A stretch of DNA of 64,000 bases from Bacteroidales bacterium (GCA_003565735.1 PXBB01000140.1:15231-79230); one strand, 5' to 3'. Positions 49,284 to 60,568 are shown, counted from the stretch's first letter. Made by a program: numbers and translations. Notes: generated from the sequence alone by a model not told the origin.

Positions 49284-50132
49284 TTACAAACGTGCTGTTA
49301 TGCTGTAAAGTTCTTTCGGGTGAATACTTAAAACAGGTATGGGGGAGTGTGTTACCACTTGCTCTGCAGCTGCACCCAGCAAAATACTCAGGGTTGAAGG
49401 TTCTTGCTCTGTCATAATTGAAATTATGTTGGCATCAACATTTTGAGCATATGCGATAAGGTCGGATGCTTTTTTTGAGGTATTGTGCAAGACTGTTTTT
49501 ACTTTGCGATCGCTGATATACTTAAGAGCTTGATCTGTATATTTATTAACCACTTTCTTTTCCGCATTTGCGGATGCTGTTCCCACCACATGTATTTCAG
49601 CATTGAATGTTTTAGCTATTTCTGTTGTAAAAGGCACTTTCTGACGCGACCTGTTTGTGGTATCAATAGGTAAAACAATTCTTTCAATTTTTTTGGTATG
49701 ACAATAGTCTTTTCTGATAGTTAATACGGGGCAGGGTGCCGAAGTAACGATTCTTCGGGCATTGCTACCAATAAAGTGCTCTTCGTAACCCGAAACGCCA
49801 TGTGTTCCAAGAACAATTAAGGATACATCGCTGTATTTAGCCTGATTCGTGACCTCAACATGCACTTTTCCATCGCGAATTTTATATTCCAGCTTACCAT
49901 TTTTCAGGTCTTTCTGGTGTTTTTCTATTAATTCATCAAATTTGGTTCGGGCTTCAATCACCAAATTTTCCATCGTATTATTGCTAAGTCCTTCATTATT
50001 ATCGGGCTTGAGCACCCAACACATCAACACGCCTGCTTCCATCTTATTGGCTAATGCAATTGCATACTGCAATGCCCTTAAAGACCCTTTTGAAAAATCA
50101 ACAGCAGCTAAGATTCTTTTACTACTACTCAT
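49284..50132 (-). CDS. Universal stress protein (tandem USP domains)
   Basis: ILAAVDFS, LGTHGVSG...GSNA...PCPVL; second domain ending PIPVL. Confidence 0.92.
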   Translation of the reverse strand: MSSSKRILAAVDFSKGSLRALQYAIALANKMEAGVLMCWVLKPDNNEGLSNNTMENLVIEARTKFDELIEKHQKDLKNGKLEYKIRDGKVHVEVTNQAKYSDVSLIVLGTHGVSGYEEHFIGSNARRIVTSAPCPVLTIRKDYCHTKKIERIVLPIDTTNRSRQKVPFTTEIAKTFNAEIHVVGTASANAEKKVVNKYTDQALKYISDRKVKTVLHNTSKKASDLIAYAQNVDANIISIMTEQEPSTLSILLGAAAEQVVTHSPIPVLSIHPKELYSITARL

Positions 50133-50240
50133 ATTATTTTATATTTAGGTTTTTAATTAATAATTGTTTTGAACCGAAAAAACGTAAAGTTAAAGATTTT
50201 TTATAAAGATACGCATTTTTTATCAATAACACAAGTTTTT

Positions 50241-52724
50241 TTATAGCATTTTGCTTTTTAAATGATACATAACAGCTCGTATTTCGCTGTAACTTGCATC
50301 ATCGCCCAGCACACTTTTTGCCTGAGTTAGAGAACCTATCTGATGGCCTTCTAAAACTTCTGCTATTTCATTTACTTTGGACTCTTTCATAAAATCGAAA
50401 ATACTCAACTCATTTTTTGCGATAAACTGTATTAGATGACCTTCAATTGTACTGACTGCCAGGTTTCTTTCCTGAGCAATTTTTTCAACACTAAGACCTT
50501 CTTTGAAAAGACGTAAGGAATGCCTTTGACTTTGTCCTTTAGATGGTTTATTTTTTAAATTTTCTTTGACATCAAATTCCAAAACAGAACGGTCTATTTG
50601 TTTTTCTAAACAGTATGCATTAATAATGTCAAGAATCTCTTCTCCGAATCTTTTTACAATAGTTTGACCTATTCCTTTTACACCCGACAGCTCTTCGGGC
50701 GTAGCAGGCAGCACAGCTAACAGACGCGCCAGAGCTTTACGTGGCAATACTTTCGATACAGGCAGCATATTTTCATAAGCAGTATCTTCACGCCACTTCA
50801 TCAGTGCTTTATACAATTCAGGTTGTGGCAAATGAGCAAAATCTGCATATTTTTTGTCTTTTGTGGGTGCAGCTACCTGCTGCTCATAACTGATATCCGC
50901 ATCCGCTTGTATTCTTAAATATTTTTCCAAATGAAACCCATTATGCCCCTCAGCAAAAATTTGATTTTTTATAAAAAGTTCTTTCTTTAGATTTTTTAAA
51001 ATATTTTCTACATCCTTATACAATTGTTTGTTGTCTGTATCATAGTTTAATGCGGTCAACAGATTTTTTTGCAAGAAGTCCGTTTTATCATGAAAATAAT
51101 TGCAGGCTTTTTTGTAGCGCTCTTGCAAATACGAATCCTCTTCAGGGATAGCATCTTTTGTAATCTTACCCTTTAGTTGTTTATCAAACTTAACCGCAAC
51201 ATCAACCATTTGCTCTTTGGCATATTTAATCATACCCATAACAGCTTCAGGCAAGTTTTCATCAAAAGACGACACGGCACTATTAACAATTTTCCTAAAA
51301 GTGTACAAATACTTCATAATTGACCCAAAATCAAAAACCTCCTGGATTAACTGAAGTTGATAAGCCCTCTTATTTTCAAGAAGTTGCTGCGCATCCGGTA
51401 TGTTTTCATCAATATCATTGGTGTAGTCGTTAACAGTTTTATCGCTTATAACGGCTGTTTTCTTTATAGGACTTTTTAAAACAATACCACTTAAGCTCCT
51501 ACAGCGACTTAAAGCAACATAAACCTGTCCGAAAGCAAAAGCAGCTTGCGCATCAATAATTGCTTTTTCGAAAGTTAAGCCTTGACTTTTGTGAATGGTT
51601 ATAGCCCAGGCTAATTTTAGTGGATACTGGACAAAGCTCCCAATAATCTTTTCTGTTACTTCTTTCGACTCTTCGTTAAGCTCATATTTAATATTGTTCC
51701 AAGTATCGGGCTCTACAGCAATTATACTATCATCTTCATTGCAAGACACATATATTATGTCTTCATCAATATCAATGACGCGCCCAATTTTCCCATTGTA
51801 GTATCTTTTATCGCGCGAGCTATCATTTTTCACAAACATAACCTGTGCGCCTTCTTTCAGATGCAAATTTTCGTGTGTGGGATAATTGTAAACCGGAAAT
51901 TCTCCACTGACCTTAGCATTAAACTTGTGAAGCTTAGAATCAATTTTATTAAGATTGGCATTATTTATATTTTTTGCCGATTCATTGTGGGTGGTTAAAA
52001 CAATATAACCATCATTTTCATCGTATTTGAAATCAGGGATATACCTTTTGTTAAGGTCATCAAGTGTTTGCTGCTTGATAGCATTGTCTCGAATTTCACC
52101 TAAAATATTTATGAAATGGCTATCCGATTGCCTATAAATATGTTTGAGTTCTATACGTACAGGGTTCGTTTTTTGTAAGGCTTTGCTGCTGAAAAAGAAT
52201 GGATTTTCGTAGTAATCCTGAAGCAAAGCCCACTCATTATCCTTAACTATTGGGGGCAATTGATACAAATCGCCAATCATTAGAAGCTGCACCCCTCCAA
52301 AAGGCTTGTCAGAAATTTTATACCTTCGCAGCACCTCATCAATAGCATCCAACATATCGGCACGAACCATACTTATTTCATCGATAATAAGAATATCTAA
52401 ACTTTTAATTAATAAAATTTTGTTCTTATTGAATTTGTACTTCTGTTTTATAATAATCCCTTTTTCTTTTCTGACAGGTTCAGGAATCTGCGTTCCAAAG
52501 GGCAGTTGAAAAAACGAATGAATGGTAACTCCGCCGGCATTAATGGCAGCCACCCCTGTTGGCGCTACCACTACCATACGTTTGGACATGGTTTCTCGCA
52601 AATGACGTAAAAAAGTGGTTTTGCCTGTTCCCGCTTTGCCTGTCAAAAAAATATTTCTCCCGGTGTACTGTGTAAATTCGTAAGCCAGGCGCAACATTGC
52701 GTTGTTTGAATATAGATTATCCAT
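50241..52724 (-). CDS. Pif1/RecD-like helicase with HRDC and C-terminal HTH domains
   Basis: GKAGTGKT, APTGVAA, IDEISM, GDLYQL, AWAITIHKSQG, YVALSR; HRDC GVKGIG; IAQERNLAVSTIEGHL. Confidence 0.92.
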   Translation of the reverse strand: MDNLYSNNAMLRLAYEFTQYTGRNIFLTGKAGTGKTTFLRHLRETMSKRMVVVAPTGVAAINAGGVTIHSFFQLPFGTQIPEPVRKEKGIIIKQKYKFNKNKILLIKSLDILIIDEISMVRADMLDAIDEVLRRYKISDKPFGGVQLLMIGDLYQLPPIVKDNEWALLQDYYENPFFFSSKALQKTNPVRIELKHIYRQSDSHFINILGEIRDNAIKQQTLDDLNKRYIPDFKYDENDGYIVLTTHNESAKNINNANLNKIDSKLHKFNAKVSGEFPVYNYPTHENLHLKEGAQVMFVKNDSSRDKRYYNGKIGRVIDIDEDIIYVSCNEDDSIIAVEPDTWNNIKYELNEESKEVTEKIIGSFVQYPLKLAWAITIHKSQGLTFEKAIIDAQAAFAFGQVYVALSRCRSLSGIVLKSPIKKTAVISDKTVNDYTNDIDENIPDAQQLLENKRAYQLQLIQEVFDFGSIMKYLYTFRKIVNSAVSSFDENLPEAVMGMIKYAKEQMVDVAVKFDKQLKGKITKDAIPEEDSYLQERYKKACNYFHDKTDFLQKNLLTALNYDTDNKQLYKDVENILKNLKKELFIKNQIFAEGHNGFHLEKYLRIQADADISYEQQVAAPTKDKKYADFAHLPQPELYKALMKWREDTAYENMLPVSKVLPRKALARLLAVLPATPEELSGVKGIGQTIVKRFGEEILDIINAYCLEKQIDRSVLEFDVKENLKNKPSKGQSQRHSLRLFKEGLSVEKIAQERNLAVSTIEGHLIQFIAKNELSIFDFMKESKVNEIAEVLEGHQIGSLTQAKSVLGDDASYSEIRAVMYHLKSKML

Positions 52725-52824
52725 ATGTTTTATTTACAAACAACAAATATATAATTATAAATTTATTTTTTAATTCCCTTAAATACGGGGGGCGTAAAAT
52801 CACTGCCGGCAAAATTGTCGCCAT

Positions 52825-52878
52825 AAAAAAAACGCCGGCAAAACTTGTTAAGCTAAGCTTTGTTTTACCGGCGTTTTT
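52825..52878 (-). terminator. Intrinsic terminator downstream of bacterioferritin
   Basis: AAAAACGCCGG (52828-38) / CCGGCGTTTTT (52868-78) stem; T8 tract on the minus strand. Confidence 0.55.
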
Positions 52879-52984
52879 GTGAAACGCACTTGTTTAATTG
52901 TTTCTTTTTAGATATTTTGCCCTAATCAATCGCAAAAGCTAAGCTATGAGCATAAAGTATAAAGATATTCTAACAGAAGCGGTT

Positions 52985-53488
52985 TTATTCGCCGCCGCCT
53001 GAGGCGCTGGAAATATTTTTACTTCTTTCGATAGATTGGAGGGCCAAATAATTGTCACCAAACTTTTTCATATTTGCAATTTCATCATCATACTGGTCGA
53101 AATGTCTTTCTTCGTCATCAACCAGAGATTCAAATAATTTTTTTGAGGCGGAGTCGGCATTTTTAGAACATTCGAGAGCCCACTCGTTATAATCGCTTGC
53201 GCTTTGTTCTTCCATTTGTGCTGCTAACTCAAGCATTTCTTTAACATCCTGAATTTTCTTAACAGAGTGCGATAATTCCATTTCCACATCACCACCCAAA
53301 AACAAAATTCTTTCAGCAAGCTGTTCTAAATGAACCATTTCTTCAATAGCTGTACGCTTAAAGAGATTGGCCAGCAAGTCGTATCCCTGATCATCGCAGT
53401 GGAAATGAAAATACATATACTGGTGGACAGCTGAAAGCTCATCGGAAACTGCCTTGTTAAGCAATTCAATACTTTTTTCTTTTTTCAT
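52985..53488 (-). CDS. bfr: Bacterioferritin
   Basis: LNKAVSDELSAVHQY, EEMVH (haem Met and ferroxidase ligands), ERILFLGG, DEERH; ATG at 53488 preferred. Confidence 0.9.
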   Translation of the reverse strand: MKKEKSIELLNKAVSDELSAVHQYMYFHFHCDDQGYDLLANLFKRTAIEEMVHLEQLAERILFLGGDVEMELSHSVKKIQDVKEMLELAAQMEEQSASDYNEWALECSKNADSASKKLFESLVDDEERHFDQYDDEIANMKKFGDNYLALQSIERSKNISSASGGGE

Positions 53489-53634
53489 AATAATTTCTTT
53501 TTGTGTTAATACTATTTTTTTCCAAAACAATACAAATATATAAAATTTAATACAACTGACAAAAGATTATTTATTGATTTAAAACCTCCTTTACATTTCA
53601 TAAAAATATTACATTTGTATAAAAGAAAAAAAAC

Positions 53635-56600
53635 ATGCCTAAAAATAAGACAGACATTCAAAATTTGGATTATGCGCCTTTTGCTTATGCTTATCATAAA
53701 ATCATTACAAATAAAAAGGGCGACCCCGTAAATTATGTTTTTCTTGATATCAATAAAACTTTTGAGAAAATGACCGGTCTCAAAAGGCATCATGTTATCA
53801 ATCAAAAAGTAACGGATGTGCTTCCTAACATTGCAGAGGATGATTTTAACTGGATTGGTATTTTTGGGAACATCACAAAAAAAAAAGATAAGCATTCATT
53901 TGAAGGATATTCAAAAACTTTAAAAAAATGGTTTAGAGGGCAGGTTCATTCTGTGGATGGCGAACATTTTTCAGTTTATTTTTCGGATGTCAGTTCAGAA
54001 TATTTCATTGCCGAGGCATCAAAAAAGATGAGCAATTTTCAACCCGGAACTATTGATTATAAGCTTATGTGTAGGGGCATGCAAGAGTTGTCAGGAGCCA
54101 AATATGTGGCGCTCAACGTTCTTAATAATCGTGATAAAGATTTTTCAACAGTTTATATTTCAGGCTTTCCAACACATATAAAAAAAGCTTCTCAACTGCT
54201 TGTATTCAACATCATTAATAAAAACTGGTCTGCTGACAACAATAAGTTTCAAAAAATAAAAGGCCGTAAAACAACGGTTTTTAAAAACCTTGATGAACTT
54301 TGTGGAGATGTCATACCTTCAACAGTTACACAGATTATCACAAAGAGTTTTCAAATTGGAGACGTTGTTGTTATTCAAACAATGAAAGAAAAAGAAATCA
54401 TAGGCGATTTTACTTTAATCTTCGAAAAAAACAAACACATACAAAATCAGGCATTGTGTGAAGCATATGCTGACATGGCAGGCGCCAGTATAACACGTTA
54501 TAACTTTGAAAAAGAAATTATCCAAAAAAACATTGACCATCTTTTTCTTAATAAGCTTAGTTTCTTACTTACTGAAGAAACAATAGAAAAAAGTGTTTCT
54601 CAAACGCTTATTAACAGTATAACTGCGCATACCGGAGCCTTGTTTGCAACATTTTCGGAATACAATACTAAGCTCAAAGCGCTGGAACCTAAATTTATTA
54701 AAATAGATAACAGCTTGCGCAGCACGGCAATAAAACCTTATATTGACAAATTTTCTAATACAAATTACCCTATTGATGACCATGAATTAAGCGAGCTTTT
54801 AAACGCCAGCTGGATTCAGGAAAATTCATTTAATGAAATTTCTCTTGGTGTGATCCCTGAAAAAACAAGCAAGAAAATTGCCAAAATCACAGGAGTCAAC
54901 AAATTTTTCACAATTTCCCATAATGATTCCGACAAATTATACGGCACCACTGTTTTAGGGTTTAAAGAGAGTCAGGAACTTCCTTCAATCAACCTATTGA
55001 ATCAATACACCAATTTGGGGACTCTCTCTCTGAGAAAACATCATATGGAAAAGCAGTTATGGTTGAGTGAGAAAAAATTTTCTAAAGCTTTTTTCAATAG
55101 CCCCTACCCAATGCTTATGACGCATTTTTCTGATGGCGCCATACTGGAAGTAAACAAAGCTTTTTGCGATATTACCGGATATACACGCCAGGAAGCAATA
55201 CACAAGACTACTTTAAATCTCCAAATATGGCACAACCCTGACGACCGCTCAGAGGTTGTTAAAATGCTTAATGAGGGCAAAGAAGTTAAAGGCCGGCTAT
55301 ACAAATACCACACTAAGCATAAAAAGGTTTTTCATGCTCTCTTTTCATCCGAAATCATTGAGATAGAGGATAAAAAAGTTCTTTTGAGTAGTTTCATGGA
55401 TATTACCGAACGCATCATGTTCGAAGAAAAATTACTGGAAAAAGAAAAAGAATACCAAACCATACTTCAAACAACAAATGACGACTTCTTTATCAGTACT
55501 TTAGATGCTCGTATTATTGATGCAAACAGAGCTTTTTGCAAATCTTTGGGCTACACAAAAGAAGAGCTGCTGCAAATGTCTATTCAGGATATTGATGTAA
55601 ATGAATCGCCTGATGAAATAAAAACACATATCAAAAAAATCATTAAAAAAGGCAACGACAGGTTTCAAACACTTTTAAAGACCAAAGATGGCACAATATT
55701 AAATTATGAAATATCTGCAACCTATATAAAGTTGAAAGAGCCGAGACTCATAATATTTGGCCGAGACACTACCGCATTCAACAAGAATCTTATTGCATTA
55801 CACAATAGTGAACAAAAATACAGACTTTTAGCCAAAAACTCTAACGATGTTATCTGGACACTGGGGTTAAATGGCCGCTACACCTATGTCAGCCCGGCTG
55901 TAAAAAAAATGCAAGGCTATACAGCCCGGGAAATGATTTTAAAAATGCCGGTAGAGACTGTAACAAAGGAGTTCCGCGACTCATACCAAAAAGCAATTAA
56001 TACCATTCTCAAAGCAGGAGCATCAGGGAATAAACCCTCCGATATACGTTTGCAACTAGAAAAGATTTGTAAAAAAGGCCATAACATTTGGGTTGAGGTA
56101 AATTTGAGCAGCATGTATGATGAAAAAAACAACTTTTTGGGAGTTCTAGGCGTTTCTCGTGATATTACAGATAAAGTCGGAGCCCAAAAATCTGTTGAAA
56201 ATTACACCCAAATGCAGGAGCTCCTGATTAATATTTCATCAAGGTTTATTGGGAGTGATTTTACAATCTTTGACCAAATACTAAAAGAGTCTCTTGAGGA
56301 ACTGTGTTTGTTTACAGGAGCAGATACAGCTTTTGTCTATAAGTATGAGCATGATAAGGATACTGCAACATGCTTGCACGAGTGGTTTATACCGGGTCTT
56401 GAGATAGAACAAAGTCATTTACATCATATTTCCTGTAAAGACTTAGGTCCCATAGTTAAAGCACATGCCAAAGGAAAGAGTATTGTTATCAATAAGGTTT
56501 CGGCCCTGTCTAACAAGAAGCCTCTGAAAGAACTCCTAACGGCACAAGGTATCAAAAGCACCATTCTCATACCCATGCTCGATGAAAAAAGCTGTATTGG

Positions 56601-59232
56601 GTTTGTTGGCTTAGATTCAATTACGAAACACAAAGAATACAGCAGTAAAGAAAGAAAACTTTTATGGATTTTTGCGCAAATACTTTTGAGCTTCATCAAC
56701 AGAGTAGAAGCCAACAAGAAAATTGCCAAACAGTTTGAGATTCAAAGCATTCTTTCAGAACTCTCTACTGAGTTTGTAAGCTCAAGGATGCATAATATAA
56801 ATGATAAAATCAACATTATGTTAAAAAGGTGCGGTCAATACTTTGATGCCGACCGTACTTTTGTGTTTCAATTTTCCACCGACGAAAAATTCTTATCCAA
56901 CACACATGAATGGTGTGCACCTCAGATAACTTCACAAAAAAAACTTTTACAAAATTACCCCATATATAAAGCACCACTTATTAAAAGTCTTCTAAAATAT
57001 AAAGAAGTTGTTTTTGTTGAAGATGTTGAACTGCTGCCCGAATGTTTCGACAAGCAGTTACTTAAAAGAAAGAAAATCCAATCAATGCTGAGTGTTCCCA
57101 TTATAAAGAACGATCAGTTTATCGGGTATTTTGGTTTTGAAACCATAAAAAAGAAGTCTGCCATTGATGACTCTCAAATATCATTACTGCATGTTTTTAG
57201 CAATATATTAGCTGATGCTATCTCGCGTACAAAAATAGAAGTTGAACTGATAGCAGCCAAAGAGTTAGCACAATCGGCCAGCAGAGCGAAATCCGATTTT
57301 CTAGCCAATATGAGTCATGAAATTCGCACACCGCTCAATGGTGTCATAGGCTTTACAGAGCTGATGTACGACACAAACTTAAGCCCTTTACAAAAACAAT
57401 ATATTGAAAACACCTTGGTTTCGGCAAACTCATTATTAGGCATTATCACCGACATATTAGATTATTCGAAAATTGAAGCCGGCAAGTTAGAGCTTGAAGT
57501 CATCAAAGCAGACATAATTGAAGTGATGGAGGAAGCTTCCGATATCATCAAAATTCATGCTGCCCAAAAAGGGCTTGAATTAATGCTCAACATACAGCAT
57601 GACATACCACGTTATGCTTATATTGACCCTGTAAGACTTAAGCAGATTTTAGTTAACCTTTTAAACAATGCCGTGAAGTTTACAAATAGTGGTGAGGTTG
57701 AACTGATACTGGGCTTCGAATCAAAAGACAAAGCCACAGGACAATATACAGTTTGTGTAAGAGATACGGGCATTGGCATCAGTTCAGAAAAAAAGTCAAT
57801 GCTTTTCAAGGCCTTTGCTCAAGCAGACACTTCAATAACAAGAAAATATGGTGGTACAGGCTTAGGGTTAACCATATCAAACTTGCTTGCTGAAAAAATG
57901 GGCAGCCAAATTCAGTTTAAAAGTCAAGAGGGTGAGGGTTCAAAATTTTATTTCTCATTTGAAACTCAATACGAATATGAAGAAAAAAAGACTCAAAAAA
58001 CCATTGACAACATTAAGAACGTTCTTATTGTTGACGACAATGAGCGAAACTTAATGATTTTGGAACACACACTCGCAAAATGGGAAATGCAGTGCAAAAC
58101 AGCCAACAGTGGTTTTAAAGCTTTGGCAATGCTTCAGAAAGGCACCTCATACGACCTGATTATTATGGACTACCACATGCCCAAAATGGACGGACTCAAA
58201 ACCATTGAAAAACTGAAAAAAACTGACAGAAAAACTTTCACCAACACACCCATAATTTTGCTGCATAGCTCATTCGACGATGCTACCATTCATGATGAAT
58301 TTAAAAGAATTGGCGTACGCTTTACCTTAACAAAGCCTGTGAAAGCGACGGAACTTTTTAGTTATCTTAAAAATATTAACAATAAGGATATGCCCCCTGT
58401 GAGCAACAATAATGTTTCAGCATCACAAAGATGGCAATCATTCAAAAATGAGTCGCTTGCTAAGCACACCATATTATTGGTTGAAGACAACTACGTAAAC
58501 ATGACATTAGTAAGCAATATGTTGCAAGTTGCATTACCTAATGCCACTATTGTAGAAGCCTATAATGGGCGGGAAGCTTTGAACATATTACAAACCCAAA
58601 CGCCCAACTTAATCTTTATGGATGTTCAGATGCCTATTATGGGAGGTATTGAAGCGACAATTGAAATAAGAAATTCAGGCAGAAAAGAAATTAAAGACAT
58701 CCCCATTATTGCTCTCACGGCCGGTGCTACTAAAGTCGAAAGAGATAATTGCATAAATGCCGGGATGAATGATTTTATTACAAAGCCTATCAAAAAGGAG
58801 GTTATGAAAGAAGTATTAAAAAAATATTTAAAAGCAACCGTCAGCACTGAAGAACTACAGGAACAAAAAGTATCTGTAAGTTCAGAAAGCGAAGAAAGCC
58901 TAAAACATTTTGATATTGAAAATCTCAAGAGTAATCTAGGGCATAACCAAAAGCTGATTGGCGAATTAATAACGCTAACCCTTAAAGATTATCCCCAATA
59001 TATCAATGCTGTGAAAACGTCTTTAGAAAACAAAAACATTGATGAAATAAAGAAAAACAGCCATGCTATAAAGGGAAGCGCACTCACCATTGGTTATAAA
59101 AAGCTTGGCAATATAGCGGCGGAGCTAAGAGATAACGCAGACAACCCGGACAAACTTGATAAAATAAGTAAAGCCCTGTTTGATGAATGGGCGCATTTAC
59201 AAAAAATATTGTCGCAGTATAAAAGCTCGTAA
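53635..59232 (+). CDS. Hybrid sensor histidine kinase (PAS/GAF inputs, HisKA, HATPase, two REC, HPt)
   Basis: FLANMSHEIRTPLNG, NLLNNAVKFT, DTGIGI, GGTGLGL, MDYHMP and MDVQMP receivers, SHAIKGS HPt; promoter TACATTTG at 53610-53617. Confidence 0.95.
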   Translation: MPKNKTDIQNLDYAPFAYAYHKIITNKKGDPVNYVFLDINKTFEKMTGLKRHHVINQKVTDVLPNIAEDDFNWIGIFGNITKKKDKHSFEGYSKTLKKWFRGQVHSVDGEHFSVYFSDVSSEYFIAEASKKMSNFQPGTIDYKLMCRGMQELSGAKYVALNVLNNRDKDFSTVYISGFPTHIKKASQLLVFNIINKNWSADNNKFQKIKGRKTTVFKNLDELCGDVIPSTVTQIITKSFQIGDVVVIQTMKEKEIIGDFTLIFEKNKHIQNQALCEAYADMAGASITRYNFEKEIIQKNIDHLFLNKLSFLLTEETIEKSVSQTLINSITAHTGALFATFSEYNTKLKALEPKFIKIDNSLRSTAIKPYIDKFSNTNYPIDDHELSELLNASWIQENSFNEISLGVIPEKTSKKIAKITGVNKFFTISHNDSDKLYGTTVLGFKESQELPSINLLNQYTNLGTLSLRKHHMEKQLWLSEKKFSKAFFNSPYPMLMTHFSDGAILEVNKAFCDITGYTRQEAIHKTTLNLQIWHNPDDRSEVVKMLNEGKEVKGRLYKYHTKHKKVFHALFSSEIIEIEDKKVLLSSFMDITERIMFEEKLLEKEKEYQTILQTTNDDFFISTLDARIIDANRAFCKSLGYTKEELLQMSIQDIDVNESPDEIKTHIKKIIKKGNDRFQTLLKTKDGTILNYEISATYIKLKEPRLIIFGRDTTAFNKNLIALHNSEQKYRLLAKNSNDVIWTLGLNGRYTYVSPAVKKMQGYTAREMILKMPVETVTKEFRDSYQKAINTILKAGASGNKPSDIRLQLEKICKKGHNIWVEVNLSSMYDEKNNFLGVLGVSRDITDKVGAQKSVENYTQMQELLINISSRFIGSDFTIFDQILKESLEELCLFTGADTAFVYKYEHDKDTATCLHEWFIPGLEIEQSHLHHISCKDLGPIVKAHAKGKSIVINKVSALSNKKPLKELLTAQGIKSTILIPMLDEKSCIGFVGLDSITKHKEYSSKERKLLWIFAQILLSFINRVEANKKIAKQFEIQSILSELSTEFVSSRMHNINDKINIMLKRCGQYFDADRTFVFQFSTDEKFLSNTHEWCAPQITSQKKLLQNYPIYKAPLIKSLLKYKEVVFVEDVELLPECFDKQLLKRKKIQSMLSVPIIKNDQFIGYFGFETIKKKSAIDDSQISLLHVFSNILADAISRTKIEVELIAAKELAQSASRAKSDFLANMSHEIRTPLNGVIGFTELMYDTNLSPLQKQYIENTLVSANSLLGIITDILDYSKIEAGKLELEVIKADIIEVMEEASDIIKIHAAQKGLELMLNIQHDIPRYAYIDPVRLKQILVNLLNNAVKFTNSGEVELILGFESKDKATGQYTVCVRDTGIGISSEKKSMLFKAFAQADTSITRKYGGTGLGLTISNLLAEKMGSQIQFKSQEGEGSKFYFSFETQYEYEEKKTQKTIDNIKNVLIVDDNERNLMILEHTLAKWEMQCKTANSGFKALAMLQKGTSYDLIIMDYHMPKMDGLKTIEKLKKTDRKTFTNTPIILLHSSFDDATIHDEFKRIGVRFTLTKPVKATELFSYLKNINNKDMPPVSNNNVSASQRWQSFKNESLAKHTILLVEDNYVNMTLVSNMLQVALPNATIVEAYNGREALNILQTQTPNLIFMDVQMPIMGGIEATIEIRNSGRKEIKDIPIIALTAGATKVERDNCINAGMNDFITKPIKKEVMKEVLKKYLKATVSTEELQEQKVSVSSESEESLKHFDIENLKSNLGHNQKLIGELITLTLKDYPQYINAVKTSLENKNIDEIKKNSHAIKGSALTIGYKKLGNIAAELRDNADNPDKLDKISKALFDEWAHLQKILSQYKSS

Positions 59233-59284
59233 AAGCCTTTTATGAGCAAGAATTGCAATACCATCACAAAGCCGGTTTATAAAA

Positions 59285-59322
59285 TTAAAAGCGATTCATA
59301 TTGAAATATGAATCGCTTTTAA
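59285..59322. terminator. Bidirectional terminator between the kinase gene and rplT
   Basis: Perfect 18-bp inverted repeat TTAAAAGCGATTCATATT / AATATGAATCGCTTTTAA between convergent genes. Confidence 0.85.
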
Positions 59323-59343
59323 AAAGAAAGTTTTATAAAGCAC

Positions 59344-59688
59344 TTATTTGACTTTATCCACAATAGCTTTGAATGCTTCAGGATTATTAACAGCCAAATC
59401 GGCAAGTACTTTTCTATTCAGTTCAATGTTGTTAGCAGATAGCTTCCCCATAAACTGCGAATAAGACATTCCATGCACTCTGGCAGCTGCATTAATTCTC
59501 ATGACCCACAAGCTTCTAAAGTTTCTTTTTTTAGTTTTTCGGTCTCTGTATGCATACTGCAGTGCTTTTTCATAAGCATTTTTCGAAACAGTCCAAACAT
59601 TTTTTCTTCTACCGAAATAACCTTTGGTTTTTTTAATAATTTTTTTGCGCCTCAAACGTGCTGCAACTAAATTTGATGAACGTGGCAT
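59344..59688 (-). CDS. rplT: 50S ribosomal protein L20
   Basis: MPRS...KGYFG...[23 protein letters not shown]. Confidence 0.98.
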   Translation of the reverse strand: MPRSSNLVAARLRRKKIIKKTKGYFGRRKNVWTVSKNAYEKALQYAYRDRKTKKRNFRSLWVMRINAAARVHGMSYSQFMGKLSANNIELNRKVLADLAVNNPEAFKAIVDKVK

Positions 59689-59764
59689 AATCTGTGTTTT
59701 TTTGGTAAAGCGTTCTTCTGTTTATAAGAATCTTGAATGCTTTAGCAATGGTTAATAACTCTTT

Positions 59765-59959
59765 TTATTTAGCAATTAGTAGTCGGATTCTTTTTTCGTC
59801 AGATTTGTCAACATAACCGGTTTGCGTCAAATTGCGTTTTCTTTTGGTTGACTTTTTGGTAAGAATGTGACTTTTGTAAGCATGTTTTCTTTTAATCTTT
59901 CCGGTAGCCGTAAGGGTAAACCTTTTCTTGGCACTGGATTTCGTTTTCATCTTTGGCAT
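59765..59959 (-). CDS. rpmI: 50S ribosomal protein L35
   Basis: [14 protein letters not shown]...HILTKKS.KRKR. Confidence 0.98.
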   Translation of the reverse strand: MPKMKTKSSAKKRFTLTATGKIKRKHAYKSHILTKKSTKRKRNLTQTGYVDKSDEKRIRLLIAK

Positions 59960-60010
59960 TGCTTTCTTATTTTATAGTTTTTCGTTTATATTTTTGTAAT
60001 TTAACAGTAT

Positions 60011-60568
60011 TTATTTTTTAGGTGCAATAATAATTATCATTCTTTTGCCTTCCATCTTAGGCAGCATTTCAACTTTACCGTATTCCGACAACTCATCGGC
60101 AAAACGTAAAAGGATTAATTCGCCTTGCTCTTTGTATATAATGCTTCTGCCTTTAAAAAACACATCGGCTTTTACTTTAGCGCCATCTTTCAGAAATTTC
60201 TTGGCATGATTTAGTTTGAAATTAAAATCATGCTCATCGGTGTGAGGCCCAAATCTTATTTCTTTAACAACAATCTTTGAAGCTTTGGCCTTAATTTCCT
60301 TCATTTTTTTCTTTTGCTCGTAAAGGAACTTTTTATAATCAATGGCTTTGCAAACGGGCGGGTTAGCAGATGGTGAAATTTCCACCAGGTCTAAACCCAG
60401 TTCGTGTGCTATACTTAAGGCTTCTTTAATGTTATAAATACCATCGTCAACATTTTCACCTACGACACGCACTACAGGCGTTTTTATCATTTCGTTAATA
60501 CGATGCTTAGGTTCATTTTTTCTGGGAAAACGATGATTTCTTCTTGAATGATTAAAAGGCGTTGCTAT
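60011..60568 (-). CDS. infC: Translation initiation factor IF-3 (probable AUA start)
   Basis: Frame extends 26 codons above the ORF-track ATG and includes the conserved HRINE; DLVEISP.A.PPVCK, KEIRF; ATA at 60568 preceded by GAGGAGG. Confidence 0.93.
   Translation of the reverse strand: MATPFNHSRRNHRFPRKNEPKHRINEMIKTPVVRVVGENVDDGIYNIKEALSIAHELGLDLVEISPSANPPVCKAIDYKKFLYEQKKKMKEIKAKASKIVVKEIRFGPHTDEHDFNFKLNHAKKFLKDGAKVKADVFFKGRSIIYKEQGELILLRFADELSEYGKVEMLPKMEGKRMIIIIAPKK

Noticed and set aside
52805-52843. Direct repeat GCCGGCAAAA near the bfr terminator as an antiterminator switch
   Set aside because: Only 10 bp; explained adequately by a simple terminator, with no further support.
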